The notes under the pieces are model-generated. The model searched no databases. It had not been told where the DNA came from and saw only the letters and a program-made list of their open reading frames with translations. 64,000 nt of DNA from Gammaproteobacteria bacterium (lineage in GTDB: Bacteria; Pseudomonadota; Gammaproteobacteria; UBA4575): NCBI GenBank assembly GCA_965243395.1, contig CBDEUS010000001.1, positions 544,001 through 608,000 on the forward strand, written 5' to 3'. A program made the translations under genes and the position numbers. Every line of letters starts with the position of its first letter. The stretch's first letter is position 1. Shown here in pieces: positions 29,600-40,700 of this stretch.

Positions 29600-31519
29600 A
29601 TGGCTGTAAAGGGAGAAGATAATAATACTGCTTCATTAATCGATGTTGTTACTGAGGATGATGATGCTTTAGAGCAAGCATTGGGTGAAGTAATAGACTT
29701 ACCTACGGCTAATGATTCACAAGCTTTTGGTGTTTCTAAAAGCATTTCTAGTGAATCCTATGAAGTGGGTGATCTACTTGTATCTTACTTAGAGCAAATT
29801 GGTGTGGAATATGTTTTTGGTATTCCAGGTGGTGCTATTGAACCTTTATATAATGCACTTGCGCGTAGTGAGCGACGAGGTGGAGCAAAATCTGTTGTAG
29901 CACGCCATGAAACAGGCGCAGCTTTTATGGCTGATGGTTATTCACGTAATAGTGGAAATTTAGGCGTGTGCTGTGCAACCGCAGGACCTGGAGCAACAAA
30001 CTTAATAACAGGTGTTGCATCGGCTTATGATAATCATTCGCCAATGTTGGTGATTACTGCCCAAACTGCAATTGAAAATTTTGGTCGTAATGCCGCACAA
30101 GAGTCAGCAGATACAGGAATCAATACTGTTGCAATGTTTGAGCATTGTACGCACTACAGCACTTTAGTTTCGCATATAAATCAATTCGAACAGAAGCTCG
30201 CATCGGCGATTATGACTGCATTTCGTTCTCCAATGGGCCCAGCACATTTGAGTATTCCACTTGATGTTTTAAGGCATGTGAGTCCTGCAGAGTATCCTTC
30301 TTATGACCTTGCTAGTTTATTGTGGCAGCCTAGTCCAATTGATATGGACAGTTTTAATATTTTCTGTGGTGAGCTCGCATCATCTGAAAACTTAGTTTTC
30401 ATTATTGGTGAAGGGTGTTCGCAGGGAATTGGCTCGATATTAAGCACAGCACTAAAGTTCAATGCCAAAATAGTAACAACGCCACATGCAAAAGGCTTGG
30501 TAAGCCCATACCATCCTTTGTTCCGCGGGGTACTGGGTTTTGCAGGTCATGAAAGTGCAATTGAAGCAATCGATGGTAATGTAGATACTATTGTTGCTAT
30601 CGGAACAACATTGAGTGAAACCGCAAGTAATACTTGGGATCAAAAAGTATTAAATCAAAAATTAATACATATAGATTCGTCCGAAGATAATTTAATGCAC
30701 TCACCCATGGCACGCCTGCATGTCAGAGGCGATATTGCAAAAATCTTTGAAAGTGTAGAAGAAAAATTTAATATCTCTAAACCGACTAATTCTGATAGTC
30801 GTATTATGAGTCCTGAAACAAATTCAAAAAAAGCCTCGTCCAAAGAAAAAAACTTAAAACATCATTTTGTTATGAATGATGTGGAAAAGTGTCGCGATAA
30901 TTCCATTCCATTGAAACCTCAGAGATTGATGCAGCTTCTGCCAAAGATATTTCCACCCGAAACAAAATATCTTTGTGACTCAGGGAATAGTATGGCTTGG
31001 TCAATCCACTATCTCCATCCATACGATAGAAGACTTGCGGGGTCGAGAGACGAGAGTGGTGGTTTATTCTGGACATGTTTGGAATTTGGTTCTATGGGAT
31101 GGGCAATTGGTTCATCCATTGGTACTGCGCTTGCAAATAGAAAAAACCCTGTCGCGTGTCTTACTGGGGATGGCTCAATGCTAATGTATGGCGGGGAGAT
31201 TACTGTTGCACTACAAGAAAAACTACCTGTCGTTTTTATAATACTCAATGATTCGGAATATGGAATGGTCAAGCATGGTCAAAGATTAGGTCATGCTGAA
31301 AGGGTAGGGTATTCGCTACCAAGAATTAATTTTGTTGAATATGCCCAATCTATGGGGATGAATGCCTGTCATATTAGTTCTGTAGCAGACCTGGAGAATT
31401 TAGATGTAAAAGAATTAATTGCTAATGGCCCAGCAATTTTAGATGTAGCTATTGATAAGGAAGAAGTGCCTCCTATAAATAGTAGACTTAAAGCATTAGG
31501 CACTATCCACGAAGACTGA
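29600..31519 (+). CDS. thiamine-diphosphate-dependent enzyme (acetolactate-synthase-like, probable acyloin synthase)
   Basis: FGIPGG, RHETGAAFMADG, GPGATN, GDGS...ND ThDP motif; no small subunit nearby; acidic N-terminal extension. Confidence 0.88.
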   Translation: MAVKGEDNNTASLIDVVTEDDDALEQALGEVIDLPTANDSQAFGVSKSISSESYEVGDLLVSYLEQIGVEYVFGIPGGAIEPLYNALARSERRGGAKSVVARHETGAAFMADGYSRNSGNLGVCCATAGPGATNLITGVASAYDNHSPMLVITAQTAIENFGRNAAQESADTGINTVAMFEHCTHYSTLVSHINQFEQKLASAIMTAFRSPMGPAHLSIPLDVLRHVSPAEYPSYDLASLLWQPSPIDMDSFNIFCGELASSENLVFIIGEGCSQGIGSILSTALKFNAKIVTTPHAKGLVSPYHPLFRGVLGFAGHESAIEAIDGNVDTIVAIGTTLSETASNTWDQKVLNQKLIHIDSSEDNLMHSPMARLHVRGDIAKIFESVEEKFNISKPTNSDSRIMSPETNSKKASSKEKNLKHHFVMNDVEKCRDNSIPLKPQRLMQLLPKIFPPETKYLCDSGNSMAWSIHYLHPYDRRLAGSRDESGGLFWTCLEFGSMGWAIGSSIGTALANRKNPVACLTGDGSMLMYGGEITVALQEKLPVVFIILNDSEYGMVKHGQRLGHAERVGYSLPRINFVEYAQSMGMNACHISSVADLENLDVKELIANGPAILDVAIDKEEVPPINSRLKALGTIHED

Positions 31520-31620
31520 GAAATTCTTAGTAATTATCCTTTGCCAATAATTCTATTGGCTATAATAATAAAGTATTTGCAACCCATACTTAGTGACGTA
31601 TCGGTAAATAAATTGTAACG

Positions 31621-32463
31621 ATGACTACTGCTGATAAAGATAAACAAGAAGTTATACATTCAAAAATCTGGAATGAGGATCCAGAGCCAGATAATCCTTT
31701 CGCAGCAAAAAAATGTTATTGCGCAGGATATGATGTATACGGAGACTTGTTAGGAAAAGCGAGTTGGGTGGAATATTTGTTTCTCTTGTTTAAACTTGAA
31801 AAACCAACAGAGGAGCAAGCAAAGTTGCTTGAAACTATTGCGATTGCAATCGCCAATCCAGGGATTCGTGATCATAGTGTTCGTGCAGCTATGAATGCGG
31901 GTGTTGGTGGTTCCACTGCAGCCTCTGCACTGATGGCTGCACTAGCTGTAGGTGCCGGACAGTATGGGGGTGCCAGGGAAGTTTTTTTGGTAATGGAGTT
32001 ATGGGAAAAATGTGAGCAAGACATGCAAAAATGGGAGCATGAACTTTTAAATCCTAAAGTTGATGAGCGTGCAGATATCTGGTTGCCAACAGAACATTAT
32101 CCAGGCTTTGATCCAAACGGTGTTACTTGTCCAACACCTGTTCAACAAACTTTAGACACTATATCTAATTTAACAAAATCCGACTCCAATTCTAATTGGC
32201 TAAAAGAAAATAAAAACAATTTAGAAAAACTAACCAAGAATCCAATTACTTTTTCTATGATCGTTGCAACAGTATTTACCGATCTTGAATTATTAAGTGA
32301 TCAGGGTGAAATGTTATATCTACTTTTAAGGCTACCGGGTGCTGGAGTGCATGCATTAGAGCAGAAAGAGTATGGTTGGAGAAAATATCCTTTTTTTACT
32401 GACGGTTTGCAAATAGAGAGTGTTGATTCTCAACAAGTCAAAGAAGAGTCTGATAATGAATAA
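31621..32463 (+). CDS. citrate-synthase-fold (citryl-CoA-lyase-like) protein 1, atypical active site
   Basis: GYDVYGDLLG, SVRAA, A..AAL...AG.YGGA, PGF, RLPG..VHA.EQ fit the short CS/CCL fold. Confidence 0.65.
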   Translation: MTTADKDKQEVIHSKIWNEDPEPDNPFAAKKCYCAGYDVYGDLLGKASWVEYLFLLFKLEKPTEEQAKLLETIAIAIANPGIRDHSVRAAMNAGVGGSTAASALMAALAVGAGQYGGAREVFLVMELWEKCEQDMQKWEHELLNPKVDERADIWLPTEHYPGFDPNGVTCPTPVQQTLDTISNLTKSDSNSNWLKENKNNLEKLTKNPITFSMIVATVFTDLELLSDQGEMLYLLLRLPGAGVHALEQKEYGWRKYPFFTDGLQIESVDSQQVKEESDNE

Positions 32464-33253
32464 TAAAACATTACTAGATTATGAGGATAGATGGATCACT
32501 TCTATGGGTGGTTCTGTTCCTGGAGAGAATGTGAAACTTCGAGGTAAAGATTTACTCAATGACTTTCAAAGTAATAGTTGGATGCAAATCCTGTTATTTG
32601 GCATAACTGGAAGAATGTATGGTAAAAAAGAGTGTGAGCTATTTGAAGCAATTTGGAGTATTTCAACAAGCTATCCAGAACCAAGAGTATGGAACAATAG
32701 AGTCTCTTCACTTGCCGCAACTGTCAGAACTACGGGTAATCTTGGTATTGCTGCAGGAATTGCAGTTTCGGAAGCTGAAGTATATGGACAAGGACCAATG
32801 GTATGGGTAATGAGCTTCTTACTTAGGGCTCATGAAAAATATACAAAAGGAAATACTCTTGATGATGTTATAAAAAGTGAACTCAATAATTACAATCGTA
32901 TATATGGATTTGGAAGACCGATTGCTAATGATGATGAACGTATTATTCCGTTAATGGAAACAGCGCGAAAATTAGGTTTTTCAGATGGTAAATACACACA
33001 ATTACTATTAGAAATTAAAGATAAATTAAAACACGGTCCAAGAAAGTTAGAAATGAATATTGCTGCACTTGATGCCGCTTTGTGCGCAGACCAAGGATTT
33101 AGTATAAGAGAATTTTATTATTTTATGAGCCTATGTTTTTCTGCCGGAATTATATTTTGTAATATTGATGGTCATGATAAAGATGAAGGCACATTCTTTC
33201 CCTTTCGTTGTAACCGAATTGCATATGATGGCACAGGTATACGCGAGTGGTAA
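32456..33253 (+). CDS. citrate-synthase-fold protein 2, atypical active site
   Basis: LRGKDL, IYGFGRP...D.R, MNIA; ATG overlaps the upstream stop (ATGAATAA). Confidence 0.62.
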   Translation: MNNKTLLDYEDRWITSMGGSVPGENVKLRGKDLLNDFQSNSWMQILLFGITGRMYGKKECELFEAIWSISTSYPEPRVWNNRVSSLAATVRTTGNLGIAAGIAVSEAEVYGQGPMVWVMSFLLRAHEKYTKGNTLDDVIKSELNNYNRIYGFGRPIANDDERIIPLMETARKLGFSDGKYTQLLLEIKDKLKHGPRKLEMNIAALDAALCADQGFSIREFYYFMSLCFSAGIIFCNIDGHDKDEGTFFPFRCNRIAYDGTGIREW

Positions 33254-33294
33254 ATTATTAATAGAAATTTATATTAAAAAGCTAGTAGAGAAAA

Positions 33295-34326
33295 ATGGAA
33301 AAAATTCGTGATTTAGAAGTGCCAGATATAGATGACATAAAAGTTTGGGATGTTATTGCTGGATTGTATGGATATCAAGGTTTTCTTTTTGCATATGACA
33401 TTGGTTTATTTTCCTATTTGAATGATGGTCCTAAAACATTTACTGAAATAACAGAGAGATTGAAACTAGAAAAGCGACCGACTGAAGCACTGCTTAGCAC
33501 TTGTGTGAGATTGGAATTTATTAAAATTAATAAATTATCTTCTATAAATAAATATGAGTTAACCGAAGTTTCAAAGTATTACTTAGTTAAGTCTAGTCCT
33601 TTCTTTTTTGGCGCCGCATTTGACTTAGCGGTCAATAATTTCATAGCCTACAATGATGTAAAAAAAGCCATGTTAACAAATAAACCAACTGCTTATGATG
33701 GAAAAGATATTTTCGAAACGCATGAGAAACAAGAAGAACTAGCAAAAAATTTCACGATAGCAATGCACAGTGCCAGCATGGCCCCTGCACTATGTTGGCC
33801 AAAAAAAATAGATTTGTCTCAATATTCTAAATTTCTTGATATTGGCGGAGGGTCTGGCGCTCATACAATTGGTGCATTGTCAAAATGGGAAAACCTTTCT
33901 GGAATTGTTTTAGATCTTGGACCTGTGTGTGAAGTTTGTGAAGAAATTTTAGCTAAATCAAGTCTGGACAATCGTGCAAAAACCCATACTGGCGATTTCT
34001 GGGAATGCGAATTTCCCGATGCTGATGTGCATTTTTATTCACAGATATTTCACGATTGGGGGTTTGAAAAGTGTGAATATCTAGCGGAGAAAAGCTTTAA
34101 AGCTTTACCTAAAAATGGGAAAATTATTATTCATGAAATATTAATGAATAACGACATGTCTGGGCCGTTTATGGCATCTGCATTAAGTATTTCTATGCTT
34201 GCTTGGACTGAAGGGAAACAATATTCAGGCCTTGAGCTATCTAATATGCTAGATAAATCAGGTTTTAGATCAGTCGAAATAATTCCAACATTTGGATACT
34301 GGAGTATTGTAGTAGGTACTAAATAA
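33295..34326 (+). CDS. SAM-dependent small-molecule O-methyltransferase (family 2, with dimerisation domain)
   Basis: LDIGGGSG, GDFW, IFHDW, TEG motifs. Confidence 0.88.
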   Translation: MEKIRDLEVPDIDDIKVWDVIAGLYGYQGFLFAYDIGLFSYLNDGPKTFTEITERLKLEKRPTEALLSTCVRLEFIKINKLSSINKYELTEVSKYYLVKSSPFFFGAAFDLAVNNFIAYNDVKKAMLTNKPTAYDGKDIFETHEKQEELAKNFTIAMHSASMAPALCWPKKIDLSQYSKFLDIGGGSGAHTIGALSKWENLSGIVLDLGPVCEVCEEILAKSSLDNRAKTHTGDFWECEFPDADVHFYSQIFHDWGFEKCEYLAEKSFKALPKNGKIIIHEILMNNDMSGPFMASALSISMLAWTEGKQYSGLELSNMLDKSGFRSVEIIPTFGYWSIVVGTK

Positions 34327-34605
34327 CTCCCAATATCTTCACCGTAATAATTAATATAAAAATTTTTTTGTCGCGCCACTTGTCTTCAAAAAACTACCTT
34401 TCAGTATGAAGTTGGTTTGATCCGCGGTATCAATCATCCGATACAAGTTGTCATTATTGTTCACGTAACTCCTTAAAATAAGGTGCATTAATAAGTATTT
34501 TCGCTTGCTGTGCGAGGTTGATACTCGCCCAAATACAATTTTCTATCCTCATGGTGATGAGTAAGTGAAGGGAATAACTTATGTACGACATCAAGGAGTG
34601 TCAAC

Positions 34606-36693
34606 ATGAAACATTTTATATTTTTAAATTATAAACTCTTTTTATTAAATTTTATTTTTCTTTTTACTATTTCAACAAATGTGTATTCTGATTTTGATGA
34701 AGAGGAAGCACTCATTGAACTTTATGGTGACGAAGAAGTTATTAGTATAGCAACAGGTAGTGCACAACCCATTTCTCGTGCTCCTGCTGTAGCATCAGTA
34801 ATTACTGCGAAAGATATAAAGGAAATAGGCGCAACAGATATCGATGAAGTTCTGGAAACCGTTCCAGGTTTGCATGTTTCAAGGCGCGCATTGGGATATC
34901 TACCTGTTTATACGTTTCGTGGCGTATTTAGTTCTGTGAATCCTCAGGTGTTAATGCTTGTGAATGGAATCTCAATCAATAATTTATTTGTTGGTGATAG
35001 AAACCAGGCATGGGGTGGTTTCCCAGTTGAATCAATTTCGCGAATTGAGGTGATACGTGGACCTGGCTCAGCCGTTTACGGTGCTGACGCTGTTGCAGGT
35101 GTAATTAATATCATCACTAAAGAAGCATCAGAAATTGATGGGTTTGAATTTGGTTCACGTTTGGGAAGTTTTGACACGCGAGATGCATGGGCTTTATATG
35201 GTGGAGAAGTAGGGGGTTTTGATGTGGCATTTTCTGCCGAGTTTCGTGATACCGACGGACAGGATGAAGATATAAATGTCGATGCCGCAACAATTCAAGG
35301 TACTTCTTTAGCGCCAGGTTCTGTAAATACAGGCACACAAAATTTCGATACACGTTTAAGCGTTACAAAAAATAATTGGAAGTTTCGTGCGGGCCTGCAA
35401 AAGCGAGATGATAATGAAACAGGTGCAGGGCTTGCGGAGGCATTAGACCCAAATGGAGAATTTAAGAGTGATCGCTGGAATGCAGATATAACTTACCACA
35501 ATCCAACATTTAGAAATGATTTAGATGTAACAGCACAAATTAGCTATTTAAATACTTCTCAAGAAGTAGCAGAGGATCTGCTTTTGTTTCCTCCTGGCTC
35601 ATTTCTACCGGGACCCGTGGGGCCATTTCCAGAAGGAATAATTGGTAACCCCGAAGTTTGGGAACGACACTGGCGTTATAATTTAACTGGAGTGTTTACT
35701 GGTTTTAGTGATCATACGATACGTACTGGAATTGGCTACACGCATCAAGATATTTACAAAGTAGAAGAAGAGAATAATTTTAGTCCTTTGGGATTTGGCG
35801 TATTAACCGATGTAAGTGATACACCATTTGTTTTTCTTCCCGAAAAACATCGCAATAATAGTTTTGCTTTCTTACAAGATGTTTGGCAAATAAGTAATGA
35901 TTGGGAATTAACTGCAGGACTGCGTTACGACGACTACAATGATTTTGGAGATACATGGAATCCACGTGCAGCACTTGTTTGGGCAGCACGACATGACTTA
36001 ACAGCAAAGCTTTTGTATGGCGAAGCATTTCGTGCGCCTTCTTTTGCAGAGTTTCGTAATCAAAATAATCCAGTAGCGTTAGGTAACGATGACCTCGATC
36101 CTGAGGAAATGGAAACCATCGAGTTAGCGTTTGACTATAGACCTAAAGATAATCTCAAGCTTGGTTTAAATTTGTTCCGCTATGAGTGGGACGACATCAT
36201 TCGATTTAATGATATAGGTGGAGGATTATTCCAGGCTGAAAATGTCGGCGAGCAAGAAGGCTATGGTTTTGAATTTGAATTTGATTGGAGAGTGTCTAGA
36301 ACACTAAATATCTTAGGTAACTTTGCGCACCAAAATTCTGAAGATAAATCTATAGATGAAGATGCAGGTCAGGCACCTGAAAACCAGTTTTATGTTCGAA
36401 CAGATTGGGAATTTAAACCTGGTTGGCATATTTCTCCTCAGTGGAATTTTGTGATGGATAGAGAACGTGTGGACAGCGATACGCGAAGCGACATTGATGA
36501 TTACGATATTTTTGATGTTACATTAAGAACAAATGCATTTAGCAACCGTTGGGAATTAGCTGTTTCAGCGAGAAACTTGTTTAACAAGCGTGCATTTGAA
36601 CCAAGTCAAAATAGTGCGTTCGGTGCTGCAATTCCTGGTGACTTACCGTTAGCCCGAAGAAGCGTTTGGGGAGAGCTAAGATTTAATTATTGA
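34606..36693 (+). CDS. TonB-dependent outer-membrane receptor
   Basis: Signal peptide, plug motif RIEVIRGPGSAVYGADA..GVINIIT, aromatic C-terminus. Confidence 0.93.
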   Translation: MKHFIFLNYKLFLLNFIFLFTISTNVYSDFDEEEALIELYGDEEVISIATGSAQPISRAPAVASVITAKDIKEIGATDIDEVLETVPGLHVSRRALGYLPVYTFRGVFSSVNPQVLMLVNGISINNLFVGDRNQAWGGFPVESISRIEVIRGPGSAVYGADAVAGVINIITKEASEIDGFEFGSRLGSFDTRDAWALYGGEVGGFDVAFSAEFRDTDGQDEDINVDAATIQGTSLAPGSVNTGTQNFDTRLSVTKNNWKFRAGLQKRDDNETGAGLAEALDPNGEFKSDRWNADITYHNPTFRNDLDVTAQISYLNTSQEVAEDLLLFPPGSFLPGPVGPFPEGIIGNPEVWERHWRYNLTGVFTGFSDHTIRTGIGYTHQDIYKVEEENNFSPLGFGVLTDVSDTPFVFLPEKHRNNSFAFLQDVWQISNDWELTAGLRYDDYNDFGDTWNPRAALVWAARHDLTAKLLYGEAFRAPSFAEFRNQNNPVALGNDDLDPEEMETIELAFDYRPKDNLKLGLNLFRYEWDDIIRFNDIGGGLFQAENVGEQEGYGFEFEFDWRVSRTLNILGNFAHQNSEDKSIDEDAGQAPENQFYVRTDWEFKPGWHISPQWNFVMDRERVDSDTRSDIDDYDIFDVTLRTNAFSNRWELAVSARNLFNKRAFEPSQNSAFGAAIPGDLPLARRSVWGELRFNY

Positions 36694-36735
36694 TCATATA
36701 TAAAAAGTAAATTTTGGATTACTTTGATTTGATTA

Positions 36736-37716
36736 GTGATTACAAAATTGAATAACGCTCGAATCAGTTCGCCATTAACATTTCTGCGTAGCATACAAAA
36801 AGCTATGTTGTGCTTTTTGGTGTTTGCAATATTTCTATCATTTCCAAGTTTTGCAACTACGCCCTCTGTTGCAGTGATCTATCCAGAGTTACGCGCTCCT
36901 TACAACAAGATTTATGATGATATTGCAGCAGGAGTGGAAACAAAAGTTAACGGTCGCACTATGCGATTTAAGCTAACTAAAAATTATTCTCCCAGCCAAT
37001 TAAACGATTGGGTAGCAAGAAATAATATAAAAGTGTGTGTTGCACTGGGGAAAGGCGGTGAAAAGGCGATTGGGCAATTAACGCATGATATTCCTGTTGT
37101 GCTTAGTGGTGTAATAAAGCCAAAGTCACCGATTTATGGCGGCATTTCTTTGGCTGCATCACCAAAAAAATTATTCACAGAATTAAAAAAACAAAATTCA
37201 AAAATCAAAAAAGTTATTGTTGTCTACAATCCTAAAAAATCAGAATGGCTTATTAGACAAGCACAATCTGATGCTGTACAAAAAAATTTACAACTAGTCA
37301 CCTATATGACCACGAGTCTTTCAGAGTCAGCAAAAATCTATCGGGAAATTTTTTCTAGAGAAGACATAACAAGTTCGGCGATTTGGCTTCCGCCTGACAC
37401 AACATCCGTGGATAAAAAAACTATTTTATCTTTTATTCTTGAGCAGTCATGGGCAAAAAATGTAACTGTATTTTCAAGCAGCCCCGCACATGTTAACAAA
37501 GGTGTTTTGTTTGCCATGTATCCTGATAACAAAAAATTAGGAGAAAGTCTGGGAGCATATGCATTAGATAAACTTAATGGTGGTTCAGGGTTAAACAAGA
37601 TGGTTCCGGTTGAAGACTTGAAAATTGCTTTTAACAAACGAACTGCAGAACACTTAGGTATTAAATTTAGAAGTGATGATTTGCGTCGATATGATGCAGT
37701 CTTTCCATCAAAGTAA
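36736..37716 (+). CDS. periplasmic ABC-type substrate-binding-like protein with no cognate permease
   Basis: Signal peptide, VVYNP, AIWLPPD, N.RTAEHLGI pattern (ABC_sub_bind-like); the start may be ATG 36805. Confidence 0.7.
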   Translation: MITKLNNARISSPLTFLRSIQKAMLCFLVFAIFLSFPSFATTPSVAVIYPELRAPYNKIYDDIAAGVETKVNGRTMRFKLTKNYSPSQLNDWVARNNIKVCVALGKGGEKAIGQLTHDIPVVLSGVIKPKSPIYGGISLAASPKKLFTELKKQNSKIKKVIVVYNPKKSEWLIRQAQSDAVQKNLQLVTYMTTSLSESAKIYREIFSREDITSSAIWLPPDTTSVDKKTILSFILEQSWAKNVTVFSSSPAHVNKGVLFAMYPDNKKLGESLGAYALDKLNGGSGLNKMVPVEDLKIAFNKRTAEHLGIKFRSDDLRRYDAVFPSK

Positions 37717-37721
37717 TTGCA

Positions 37722-40700
37722 ATGAATCCATTTAAATTATTTAAACAGTTTTATACAAGTGGTTTTAAAGAACAGCTTGTGACTGCCTTTTTGATTGGAA
37801 TTTTCATTACAGCTGCATTATCTACTTTCTTAATAACATTTTTGACTTCTAAGAAGGTAGAAGAGAAGGTTGAAAGTGAAGGTTTTCAAATTACTCGAGA
37901 TTTTGCAGAGCGAAACACATTGGCATTATTGTACTTGAGTGAAGAAAGCGCAAAAGAAAATGTTGAAGCCATTAAGAATTTCCAAGATGTTAAAGGCGCG
38001 GCGGTGTTTGATCTACAAAGGAAAGCGCTCATAGAAGATGGTGAAAACACATTCCCTGAAGAAGGGGAGCAGTGGCCTGCAGATATAAAACTGATTTCAG
38101 AAACATATGGAGCTTGGTATTTCGTTTCGCCTGTTTATGCGAGTGGTACTGACCCAGATATTGCAGAATCTCCTTTTATTGAAGAGGTTCAAGAACGCGA
38201 ACTATTAGGATATGTGCGTGTGCAAATGAGTAAAGATAGTTTGCATGCTCTTGAGGCTACAATTTTAAAGATAAACATAATGATTTCTTTAATGCTGTCT
38301 GTGATTTTGGCATTTGTATTATGGAAGACTACTGATCGAGTCATTAAACCTTTAAAGCAACTAGCAGGATTCATGCGTGAAGCCGAAGAGGGCAATATGG
38401 GTATACGCTCTGAGTTATGGGGGCCCAGAGATATCACGATGATGCAGAATGCTTTTAATACCATGATTAAAGCATTAGGTGATCGTGAACATAATTTAGA
38501 AAGCGCTCGTCAATCAGCCCTTCAATATGCTCATGCAAAAGGAGAATTTGCAGCCAATGTGAGTCATGAACTACGTACTCCTTTAAACGGGATTATCGGA
38601 ATGCTTGATATTCTCAAAGGGACTGAACTTAGCGCTAAGCAAAAAGAATATGTAAATGTTGCGCAAGATTCTGGTGATGCTTTACTTAGCTTGATTGATG
38701 ATGTGCTTAATTTTTCTCGAATGGAATCTGGGAAAGTTGAAATTCAACATGAGCAGTTTAATTTACGTGAGATGTTAGACGACATTGTTGGTATTTTAAC
38801 TGGTCATGCTTCTTCAAAAGATTTAGATATTGCCTACATCATTGATAAAGATGTACCAAGTCATCTTAAGGGTGACGTGAGTCGAATTCGTCAATTACTC
38901 ATTAACCTGGGTGGTAATGCAGTCAAGTTTACGGAACATGGTGAGATTGGCTTCAGAGTACATAGAGTTCCTGTGCAGGGCGAGCATTTAGTTTTGCGAT
39001 TTGATGTAACAGATACGGGTGTAGGAATATCTGATGATGCACAAAATAAAATATTTGATGCATTTCAACAGGCAGATGCATCCACAACCAAGAAGTTTGG
39101 AGGCACTGGGTTAGGTCTCGCAATATGCAAACAGTTAGTTGAATCTATGCGTGGTGTAATAGGTGTTGAAAGTGAAGCAGGAAAAGGCAGTACATTTTGG
39201 TTTGAGATTCCGTTTAAAGAAATGCCAGCAAAAGTTGACACATTTAGCATTAGACACTCAACGGCATCCGGATTACGCATATTTATTGTTGATGACAGTG
39301 AAATGGTGCGTGCAAATCTCAAACAAACTTTCGAGGAATGGGGTTCATTTGTTGAATGCGCAGAAAACGGTAATCAAGCCATAGAAGTATTGCATACTGC
39401 CAGCGAACATCAGAAACCATTTGATGTGGCATTTATAGATGAATTGATGGGTGATACTAATGGCATAGAATTGATTCGTTCAATTACCAAAGATTCAAAC
39501 ATTTCGCCTATGAAATTAGTATTAATGACCAATCAGATTAATCCTGAGGCATTTGTTGAACGTTTTAGGGAAATTGATGCATATGTCAAAAAACCATTGC
39601 GTCAATCGAGTGTATTTAATTGCATTGCAGATTTAATCAACATGCCTGTACTGCAACACACCGATAAAAAAGATATTGCTCCCGGAGCAACAGATATTCC
39701 AGACTTTAATTCAACCATATTGATTGTTGAAGATAACCGCGCTAACCAACAAGTTGCACAAGCAATGTTAGAAAGACTTGGTTGTAAATGTTCAATTGCA
39801 GGCAATGGAATAGAAGCATTAAAACTCCTAGAGCTTGCTAAATATGATGCAATTTTTATGGATTGCAATATGCCAGAAATGGATGGTTATGAAACTACAA
39901 ATAAAATTCGACAGTTAACTGGAGAAGTTTCACAAATTCCTATTATTGCAATGACTGCAAATGTGCTCAAAGGTGATCGTGAAAAATGTATTCAAGCAGG
40001 CATGAATGATTATACAAAGAAGCCTTTAAAGATTGAAAAATTAATAGAAAAACTTAGCCGTTGGATAGAAGTTGAGCCAATAGAAAACATTTTGGGCATG
40101 GAGTCTGACACTGATGTTCAACTAAGCATGATTAATCAAGCTACTTTAATCGACACGGCTGAGCACGAATCAATAGATAGAGGAGCAATAGAGACATTGC
40201 GAGAGAATGTGGGTGAGGGCTTCAACGATATGGTTCAGGTTTATATTGATGACATGGAAATTTTGCTGAGGTCACTTGAGAAAAGTGTGCAAGAAAAAGA
40301 TCCAAATTCTCTGCGTCATTATGCGCACAGTATAAAAGGTAGTAGTTCTAACTTTGGTGCTGCGAGATTAGTGCATATAGCTAAACAAATAGAAGCGATA
40401 GGAAAAGATGATTCTGTAGAAGGAGCGCATGAATTAGTTCAGGCTATATTCCCTCAAGCAGCATTTGTAATTAGTGAATTAAGAAAAGAAATTAATTTAA
40501 CTAAAGAAGATACCTTGCTGATGCAGAAAAGCACTGAAAAGATTTTAATAGCAGACGATGATCGAAGCATGCGTGTTGCTTTACAAAACGTCTTGGCTAC
40601 TGATGGTTATGAGATTGAATCTGTATCGGATGGTGTTGAAGCAGTGAAACGTTGTGAGCAAGGTATGCCGGGGTTAATACTTTTAGATGCTTTAATGCCT

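Noticed and set aside
29600-31519. Annotation as housekeeping ilvB/ilvI
   Set aside because: No regulatory small subunit or ilvC nearby, divergent motifs, and a secondary-metabolism-like context.
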